A stretch of 64,000 nucleotides of DNA from the NCBI GenBank assembly GCA_963760485.1, contig CAVXDP010000015.1, forward strand, positions 50,193-114,192. The letters run 5' to 3'. The position numbers and the translations under genes are program-made. This stretch comes from Candidatus Bathyarchaeota archaeon. GTDB lineage: Archaea > Thermoproteota > Bathyarchaeia > 40CM-2-53-6 > CAVXDP01. Shown piece after piece: positions 57,443-64,000 of the stretch (its first letter is position 1; each line of letters begins with the position of its first letter). The notes below the pieces were generated by a model. It made no database searches. It saw only the letters and a list, made by a program, of their open reading frames with translations, and had not been told where the DNA came from.

Positions 57443-59098
57443 CTACGCAGGCGGAATCGCCTTGAAGGTGTCCATGAGGTCAAAGCCTTCTTTGCTCTTC
57501 CTGTATAGTCGCATGCCATGGAATATTGCCATGCCCAGTATCGCGAGGCCAAGAATGTAGTACAGCATTGTCGGACTGACTCCTAAAGATGCCGCTGTAG
57601 GTGGTAAGAACACCCAGACTGCAAGCACGTTCCACAGGAGGATGATCAGTGTTATGACGCCGATTATCTCGAGTGAATGCCATTTCTTGATCCACCATGG
57701 TGCTGCGTCATATAGTGCCTTATTGCGCCAGCGGAGAACTATTGTGGAGACAGCTGCGACGATCCAGACTAGGCATGCTGAATATGTGAAAGCCATTGGG
57801 AACGTTACGAAACTGGCTTGCATGTATATGCCTACCCAGCTTATGACGAACATGACAAGCATCGAAGCGATAGGGCTTCTAAGCGTTGGGTGTAGATACG
57901 AGATCTTCTCGGGTAGTATTCTGTCGAATGCAAAGGCGAAGAATAGTCTGCTAGAATAGAACCAGTAGCATGCTGGTAAGGCTATCTCTAGTAGAAGCTC
58001 ATTTGTGTTTATGAATATGGACATCCATGCGATTATGTCCCTGGGCCAACCTAGTCCTTTCATTCCTGCGAGTGCATACAAGGCGGGCCAAGCTCCTACA
58101 GCCATTCCGTTAGGTCCGGCTCCTATGCCGCCGATGATTGTTGCGGATGACAGGTAAGCCTCCGCTGCAACCCAGTTGACCGATGTTAGATAGTTCATTG
58201 CCCAAGCTTCTGCACCGAACCAGAAGTTGGTGTTGAAGATCGTTCCCCAAGCTGCTATGATAAGTGACTTCTCGACTTCTTTGACTTCTCCTGAGAATAT
58301 GACGGGTATGTGCCAACCGTAGTAGATCCAGAAGGTCGCTAGTCCCGCACCGTTAAAAGTCTGTATCAAGAGTTGTGTGGGGTCCGTTATGTAAGACAGC
58401 CCACTACCCATTGCCGCGGGTATAACTGCTTCGAAATTGCCCGCGCCCATAAGAGAATTCCAGCCAGCGGCGAATTGGAGAGGTGTGCAGAGGACGAGAG
58501 GGGCCATTATGAAGACATACATAATGTTACCAAGTATCAGTGTTACGTTCATGTAGTTGACGACAACTTTAGTTGGCATGATCATTAGAATAAACAGCCC
58601 GACTGCAGTTACTATGCCCATAACCCAGAATCCCATGCTGCTTTGGAACCATGTCGCAATCGCGATCCAATCAGGCCGAGCATACATCTTTCCTAGCGAT
58701 TGGAACATCATGCTGAACCACCATGAGTTCATGCCGCATTCTGTTCCAGATGTAATAGCACTGTATAACACGTAGACAAAACTCAGTGCAAACGATATGT
58801 CAGGGCGCCAAATTCGAGAGTTGAAGACATAGTCTGCTCCAGCTCTTGGCATCAACGTTCCAACCATGGCATAGTTTGTGCCATGAATTCCACACCAAAT
58901 CCCGCCAATCAGCAGAACCCAGTATGCGTTCACACCAGGGAAAAGTGCTGGAATCCAGCTCAGTGTTATAGTTCCACTGTATGATAAGCTCGTGTTGTGA
59001 ACTCCGAAAGCAAGTGCTGAAAATGGGCCGATCACTCTGACCAGTCCTGACGCTCTCCTTGCGAAGAGCTTCTTTTCTCCGGTAGATTCAACTGCCAT
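57443..59098 (-). CDS. APC-superfamily amino acid permease
   Basis: LFARRASGLVR, MPRAGADYV, SGEVK, SRL.FA.AFDRILP, about 12 TMs, C-terminal IPP. Confidence 0.9.
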   Translation of the reverse strand: MAVESTGEKKLFARRASGLVRVIGPFSALAFGVHNTSLSYSGTITLSWIPALFPGVNAYWVLLIGGIWCGIHGTNYAMVGTLMPRAGADYVFNSRIWRPDISFALSFVYVLYSAITSGTECGMNSWWFSMMFQSLGKMYARPDWIAIATWFQSSMGFWVMGIVTAVGLFILMIMPTKVVVNYMNVTLILGNIMYVFIMAPLVLCTPLQFAAGWNSLMGAGNFEAVIPAAMGSGLSYITDPTQLLIQTFNGAGLATFWIYYGWHIPVIFSGEVKEVEKSLIIAAWGTIFNTNFWFGAEAWAMNYLTSVNWVAAEAYLSSATIIGGIGAGPNGMAVGAWPALYALAGMKGLGWPRDIIAWMSIFINTNELLLEIALPACYWFYSSRLFFAFAFDRILPEKISYLHPTLRSPIASMLVMFVISWVGIYMQASFVTFPMAFTYSACLVWIVAAVSTIVLRWRNKALYDAAPWWIKKWHSLEIIGVITLIILLWNVLAVWVFLPPTAASLGVSPTMLYYILGLAILGMAIFHGMRLYRKSKEGFDLMDTFKAIPPA

Positions 59099-59232
59099 AT
59101 TTCCCACCAAATTTTCTGCAAGAAAAAGCCGTATCAAACGTATTTATGACTTGTGCAAGGTAACTCGGGGGAGCTTCGCGTTATAGATAGCTTTAAAAAC
59201 TGTGACGGGAGCCAAAATTAGGTGTGGTAGAA

Positions 59233-59331
59233 ATGACACCCATGCAGAAAACAGGTATTGTAGTGGTAATCATAATCTACATCTTTGCCTTTGCCACTTA
59301 TGCACTCTTCGGGCCGAGAGGATTTCCATAG
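59233..59331 (+). CDS. 32-aa single-TM microprotein
   Basis: Hand translation MTPMQKTGIVVVIIIYIFAFATYALFGPRGFP*; SD AGGTG, TATA-like CTTTAAAAA upstream, pyrimidine run downstream. Confidence 0.55.
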   Translation: MTPMQKTGIVVVIIIYIFAFATYALFGPRGFP

Positions 59332-59381
59332 CGCACTATCTACACCCCTCCTCTTCTTTTTCTCTTATTCTTAATGGTTCT

Positions 59382-59900
59382 GTGAAGTTTTTGAGATTCT
59401 CGAATTTTGCGGTTTACGATTTTGAGAGTAAGTATCCTAGCGAATGGGAGGTAAGGTTCAAGCAAGGCTCCCAAAAGGACGATGGCAGCGTAATTTTCTG
59501 TCCATCCAAGTCTCCACTGTGCATCTACATAGGCTGGGGTGATCTTACTAAGGCAAAACCGAGATTCGGTTCATGCAAGGAACAGGCTGAGGACAGTCTC
59601 AAACGCATGGTGAAAGAAAAAAAGCACAGCAGGATGGGCGTGAAGCTATTGGGTCAGAGAAATCTGGCAATTAATGGCCATGAAGCATTTGAGAATCATC
59701 TTACGGCCATAACTGGCGACTACCATATGGTGTTGCCACTATTTGCGGGTGGAGTTGATCACGAGATTCAGTCGGTTTTCCTTCACTGTGAGAATTCAGG
59801 GAGGTTTTTCGTATTGGTCGCTGACGGCCCTCCAGAAGATTCCAAAGAGCTCGGGGAGACATTTCAATACCTTCTAGATTCCCTGAAATGTCATGTCTAA
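59382..59900 (+). CDS. hypothetical protein (PsbP/Mog1-like pattern)
   Basis: F.VY.F..KYP.EW, INGHEA, HC..S.RFF; the upstream part of the track ORF looks spurious. Confidence 0.6.
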   Translation: MKFLRFSNFAVYDFESKYPSEWEVRFKQGSQKDDGSVIFCPSKSPLCIYIGWGDLTKAKPRFGSCKEQAEDSLKRMVKEKKHSRMGVKLLGQRNLAINGHEAFENHLTAITGDYHMVLPLFAGGVDHEIQSVFLHCENSGRFFVLVADGPPEDSKELGETFQYLLDSLKCHV

Positions 59901-59990
59901 GCAAGGAAAAGCCTCTGGCTGTTTTGTGCAGATAATAGAGCTATATCTCGAAAGGCATTTAAGACGAGATTAGGAACATGTAAGGGAGAC

Positions 59991-60968
59991 TTGTTTGCAT
60001 TGGCTATGACCAGACTAATGTTTGTAACAGATGTGCATGGATCAGATATCTGTTTTAGGAAAATGATCACAGCTTGCACCATGTATAAGGTCGACGTCGC
60101 ACTGGTTAGTGAATTGACCGGAAAATTCATTGTTCCGATCGTCAAACATCCAGACGGTACCCAGGAGGCAATTCTTCCCGAAGGCAGTATTGCAAAGATA
60201 AAGTCGGAAGTCGACTTGAAGAAGGTCGAGGACAATGCAAGGGCGGTTGGAATGTATACATTCTACACGACGTTGGAGAAATATCAAGGCTACAAGGAAT
60301 CCGGCGGATACAAAGATACCGAAGAAGTAAACAAGATATTTCATGACAAGATTCAAGAGAGAATGATTGAATGGGTTAAGCTTGCAGAAGAGAAGCTGGC
60401 CAACACGAACACTAGATTCTTCATGATGCCCGGAAACGATGACTACTTCTATGTTGATGAAATCATAAACAACTCGTCGTACGTTAAGAATCTTGAGGGC
60501 AAAGTATTCGATATTGACGATGTCCATCAGATGGGAGGCACGGGATACTCGAACATGACTCCTTGGAAATGTCCAAGGGACATCAGTGAAGAAGAACTTG
60601 CGAAGAAGCTCGACGGTATTGCCAGCCAGGTCAAAGACATGAAGAACTTCATTCTCCACACACATCCTCCTCCATACGATACGAAACTTGATTCCGCCCC
60701 CAAGGTAGACGAGAACCTTAAGATAGTGTACAAAGGAGGAGGCACTGTTTTGGCATCAGTTGGCAGCACCGCTGTAAGAGCATTCATTGAAAAGTACCAA
60801 CCTCTGCTTGGACTTCATGGGCATATACATGAATGCAAAGGAGTTGACAAGATAGGAAAAACGCCTGTCATCAACCCGGGAAGCGAGTACATCACCGGAA
60901 CACTGAGCGCACTTTTGATCAATATAGACGAAAAGGGCATAAAAGGCCACAGGTTCATAATGGGATAG
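59991..60968 (+). CDS. calcineurin-like metallophosphoesterase (Icc-related)
   Basis: TDVHGS, PGNDD, H.PPY, GS.AVR, LHGHIHE, NPGSEY. Confidence 0.9.
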   Translation: MFALAMTRLMFVTDVHGSDICFRKMITACTMYKVDVALVSELTGKFIVPIVKHPDGTQEAILPEGSIAKIKSEVDLKKVEDNARAVGMYTFYTTLEKYQGYKESGGYKDTEEVNKIFHDKIQERMIEWVKLAEEKLANTNTRFFMMPGNDDYFYVDEIINNSSYVKNLEGKVFDIDDVHQMGGTGYSNMTPWKCPRDISEEELAKKLDGIASQVKDMKNFILHTHPPPYDTKLDSAPKVDENLKIVYKGGGTVLASVGSTAVRAFIEKYQPLLGLHGHIHECKGVDKIGKTPVINPGSEYITGTLSALLINIDEKGIKGHRFIMG

Positions 60969-61032
60969 ACGATCTGATTATTCAGAACCTTAGGCCGACT
61001 CTACAATTCCTCCGGCTGTGGTGTCCAACCTC

Positions 61033-61260
61033 TCACTCTGCTTCGTATTGTTTAGCTCTCCAAAGAGCTCGCAAACCAAATGCCGATAGCGTTATGCCGA
61101 CTAATCCTCCAATCACCAGAGCAACAACTACAAGAGGATTTGATGCCAAGCTTGGTTTATCGTTCGTCGTTACTGTTTCAGCGAATGCTGTAAGACCCCA
61201 AAACTTGGACACTAGTATGGCGAGCATTATACTCCAGAAAACGCGCCTAACCAATTCCAT
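61033..61260 (-). CDS. small membrane protein
   Basis: Signal-like N-terminus and a C-terminal TM followed by basic residues. Confidence 0.5.
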   Translation of the reverse strand: MELVRRVFWSIMLAILVSKFWGLTAFAETVTTNDKPSLASNPLVVVALVIGGLVGITLSAFGLRALWRAKQYEAE

Positions 61261-61385
61261 TCACGTCTCTTCTAAGGGTAGGTTCGCTGAGTAGATGAAC
61301 ATTTCACTTAGGTTCGTATTTACTGTAGGAATCTTTTAAAACAACAGGAGAAAACGGGAGAAAAGGAGCTGTCACTATTGGCTGT

Positions 61386-62321
61386 CTACGTGGTGGCTGT
61401 AGGTTTCTCTCCGCAGAGTTCCAAGGTTCTGTTCCAGTTTTCCGTGGCCTGCTGCTGAATTGCATCAAGCTCAGATTTGAGTTCGGGTTTGAATAGGTGG
61501 CGGAATCTTCCTTGAAGTTTCATGTAATCTGAAACTGGAATGGGTTTGCTAATCTTCATGTTGAGTTTGTATTTTCCTTTGATGATCTCGTAGAGTGGGA
61601 ACATTGTCGTATGAACTGCAAGCTTTGCAAGTTTTATGGTGTCTGCAGGGTTTGATCGCCATCCAAGTGGGCATGGTGTGAAGACGTGGACAACTGCTGG
61701 GCCTTCAACTTCTATTGCTTTCCTTACTTTGTCTATGTAGTCGCCTGGAAAACCTATGGAAGCTGTTGCGACATATTCTATGTTGTGGGCTGCGCATATA
61801 GCCGCAAGATTCTTTTTTCTTCCACGTTTGCCTGGAATGACTCTTCCAGCCGGACTGGTTGTGGTGGCTGCCCCTCGTGGTGTGGCACCGGATCTTTGGA
61901 TTCCAGTATTCATGTAGGCTTCATTGTCATAGCAAACGTAAACGAAGTCGTGGCCTCTCTCTAACGCTCCTGAAAGAGCTTGTATTCCAATGTCGAATGT
62001 TCCACCGTCTCCCCCTATGGCGATCACGTCTACCTTTGTGTTCCTGAAGCCTTTTCTCAAAAGTACCTTGTATGCTGCTTCAAGGCCGCTCGCAGTGGCT
62101 GCTGTGTTCTCGAAGAGCGTGTGCAGCCAAGGAATTCGCCATGCTGTGTAAGGATAGATAGTTGTTGATACTTCAACGCATCCGGTTGCGTTTGTTACTA
62201 CGGTTGGTCCTCTGAACGCTTTGGTCATCATCCTCATAGAAATTGAAGGACCGCATCCGGCGCACAATCTATGTCCTGGAGCATACAGCTCTTCCATCGA
62301 CAGGTCTTTTAGTGCAACCAT
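61386..62321 (-). CDS. porB: 2-oxoacid:ferredoxin oxidoreductase beta subunit
   Basis: GHRLCAGC, ATGC, GGDGG..DIG, YDNEAYMNTG.QRS, PCP. Confidence 0.93.
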   Translation of the reverse strand: MVALKDLSMEELYAPGHRLCAGCGPSISMRMMTKAFRGPTVVTNATGCVEVSTTIYPYTAWRIPWLHTLFENTAATASGLEAAYKVLLRKGFRNTKVDVIAIGGDGGTFDIGIQALSGALERGHDFVYVCYDNEAYMNTGIQRSGATPRGAATTTSPAGRVIPGKRGRKKNLAAICAAHNIEYVATASIGFPGDYIDKVRKAIEVEGPAVVHVFTPCPLGWRSNPADTIKLAKLAVHTTMFPLYEIIKGKYKLNMKISKPIPVSDYMKLQGRFRHLFKPELKSELDAIQQQATENWNRTLELCGEKPTATT

Positions 62322-63595
62322 TATTCTCTCACCCCAACGAATTTCACTCGGTCTCTAACAATTCCCGTTCGCGCCACTTGATCTACCTCATCGAACACAA
62401 GTCGGATATCTTGAGTAGCGATGTCTCTTCCGCCAAGTCCACAGATAGCATCTAGAATCTTCGGTTTCTTTTCGCAATCCTGAAGTATCGAAGCGACATC
62501 GCTTGCGAGTGCTCCGCAAGGAGCTCCGAAGCTAATGGCCCTCTCGACAACAGCCAAAGCTTTCAAGTTGCATATGACCGACTTGAGTTCCTCAATTGGG
62601 AATGGTCGGTACAGCCACAGTTTCACAGCCCCGACTTTCTTTCCTTTTCCTCTTAATTCTCTAACAACTGTTCTCACAGTTCCAGCAGTGCTTCCTAAGC
62701 AGAGGATCGCTGTTTCGGCATCTTCCATCTCGAAAGTCTGTATCTCACCATACTTTCTGGTACTTACCTTCTCGTAGTCTTTGGTAACCCTGCGTAGTAC
62801 CTCCGGAACCTTTCTGATAGCCTCCTCCTGTTGTCTCTTGACTTCGTAGTAGTAGTCTGGCATCGCCAATGCTCCAACTGTTAGGGGTTTCTCAGGGGCA
62901 AGTGTGAAGACGGGTTTCCTTGGTGGTAGGAAGCCCCCAACCTGGTCATCGCTGAGTATGTTGAGATCTTCCATCGCATGTGTTACGGTGAAACCGTCAA
63001 GGTTCACTGTTGCTGGAAGTGATATTTCAGGATCCTCTGCGACCTTCAATGCTTGGAAGGTCCAATCGTATGCTTCCTGAGGATTCTCAACGTATATCTG
63101 GATCCAGCCACAGTCCCTGGATCCCATCATATCTGAGTGGTCACCATGTATGTTGATTGGGGCGGAGAGTGCTCGGTTGGCAACCATCATTACAATTGGG
63201 CATCGAAGTCCAGAGGCTAGGTATAGAGCTTCATGCATCAGTGCAAGTCCTTGGCTTGAAGATGATGTCATGACTCTTGCTCCGGCTAGACTGGCGCCTA
63301 CACAAGCTGACATGGCTGAATGTTCAGATTCAACGCAGACGAATTCGGCGTTTGTTTCTCCGTTTGCAACGTATTCGCTGAATCTTTCAACCATGATTGT
63401 CTGAGGAGTAATTGGATAAGCTGCCACAACATCAACATTGGCTTGCTTCGTCGCGTAGGCCACAGCTTCATTTCCACCCATTCCAGCCAATTCTTGCGGG
63501 AGAATGGTGGAGCCTTCTCCTTGGTATGGAATTATCACGTCACTGTATTCTTCCTTTCTTCTGTACACGTTACTCACTCTCCATCGTGATAGCAT
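62321..63595 (-). CDS. porA: 2-oxoacid:ferredoxin oxidoreductase alpha subunit (start uncertain)
   Basis: GNEAVA, AYPITPQT, ESEHSA, NRALSAP.NI..DHSD, GLGGRD. Confidence 0.93.
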   Translation of the reverse strand: MLSRWRVSNVYRRKEEYSDVIIPYQGEGSTILPQELAGMGGNEAVAYATKQANVDVVAAYPITPQTIMVERFSEYVANGETNAEFVCVESEHSAMSACVGASLAGARVMTSSSSQGLALMHEALYLASGLRCPIVMMVANRALSAPINIHGDHSDMMGSRDCGWIQIYVENPQEAYDWTFQALKVAEDPEISLPATVNLDGFTVTHAMEDLNILSDDQVGGFLPPRKPVFTLAPEKPLTVGALAMPDYYYEVKRQQEEAIRKVPEVLRRVTKDYEKVSTRKYGEIQTFEMEDAETAILCLGSTAGTVRTVVRELRGKGKKVGAVKLWLYRPFPIEELKSVICNLKALAVVERAISFGAPCGALASDVASILQDCEKKPKILDAICGLGGRDIATQDIRLVFDEVDQVARTGIVRDRVKFVGVRE

Positions 63596-63875
63596 CTACT
63601 GGGCATTCTTCAGCACAGATTGCGCAGCCTTTACAATGATCATAATCCTCAGAGACGCCTTTGTCAGTTCTAATGATGGCACCATCTGGGCAGAAGATCC
63701 AACACATGAAGCACTTGATACATTTCTTCTGGTCTATTACAGGTTTCTTAGCAACTCTCCAGTCTCCAGTTCTATACTCTGCCGATGATCCAGGTTCAAA
63801 TATGACTCCAGCGATCGGCGTTTCCTTCCAGGTAAGTTTCATCCTTTCGCTTAATGGAACCTTTTCTTTCGTCAA
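63570..63875 (-). CDS. porD: 2-oxoacid:ferredoxin oxidoreductase delta subunit
   Basis: TGDWR..KP, CIKCFMCWIFCPD, CKGCAICAEECP. Confidence 0.93.
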   Translation of the reverse strand: MTKEKVPLSERMKLTWKETPIAGVIFEPGSSAEYRTGDWRVAKKPVIDQKKCIKCFMCWIFCPDGAIIRTDKGVSEDYDHCKGCAICAEECPVDAITMESE

Positions 63876-64000
63876 TTTCCTCTAACCTCCGTCATTCCTC
63901 TTTCCAGAACCTGAAGGTTCTTGTCAATGAGTTCAGCTGAGAATCTTTCCTTCATGGCTTTGGTCAAGGACTCCGTTGACACCGCTGGAACCGCTTTGAG
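63872..64000 (-). CDS. porC: oxidoreductase gamma subunit, 3' end (truncated by window)
   Basis: Hand translation ...LKAVPAVSTESLTKAMKERFSAELIDKNLQVLERGMTEVRGN*; operon position. Confidence 0.7.
   Translation of the reverse strand, partial: LKAVPAVSTESLTKAMKERFSAELIDKNLQVLERGMTEVRGN

Noticed and set aside
1..64000. CRISPR arrays, rRNA genes, transposases and the many short antisense ORFs in the track
   Set aside because: No regularly spaced repeats, rRNA or transposase motifs were seen; the short ORFs overlap well-supported genes on the other strand or frame.

Overview
Archaeal chromosomal DNA, most consistent with a TACK lineage such as Bathyarchaeia or a relative. This placement is inferred from aEF-1alpha/aRF1/pelota, crenactin, multi-intron tRNAs, an archaeal SRP RNA and frequent TTG starts. 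Housekeeping content: hsp20, rpsG-tuf-rpsJ, rpsK, pyrH, aRF1, pelota, polB, dnaG, tyrS, pheST, porABCD, two tRNAs and the SRP RNA. Five standout observations: (1) a eukaryote-like ubiquitin cluster (Ubl-E2-E1) whose JAMM protease appears fused to a TM helix and an Ig-like ectodomain, flanked by two more membrane proteins with cytoplasmic Zn-finger modules (B-box-like; CdvB-like winged helix), with no RING E3; (2) a crenactin/arcadin-2 cluster immediately next to it; (3) a 23-nt bulge-helix-bulge (BHB) intron in the tyrS coding sequence just before the HIGH motif, plus tRNA introns at unusual positions (8/9 and 15/16); (4) an ArsR-headed operon joining ArsM with an HdrA-N-like FeS protein, a ferredoxin, four DGC-domain paralogs and a lipoyl-carrier GcvH-like protein; (5) a PolB with degenerate proofreading motifs. 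About eight single-base indels, several in essential genes, indicate assembly errors, so single frameshifts should be read cautiously. All family assignments come from motif recognition by eye, not from database searches.
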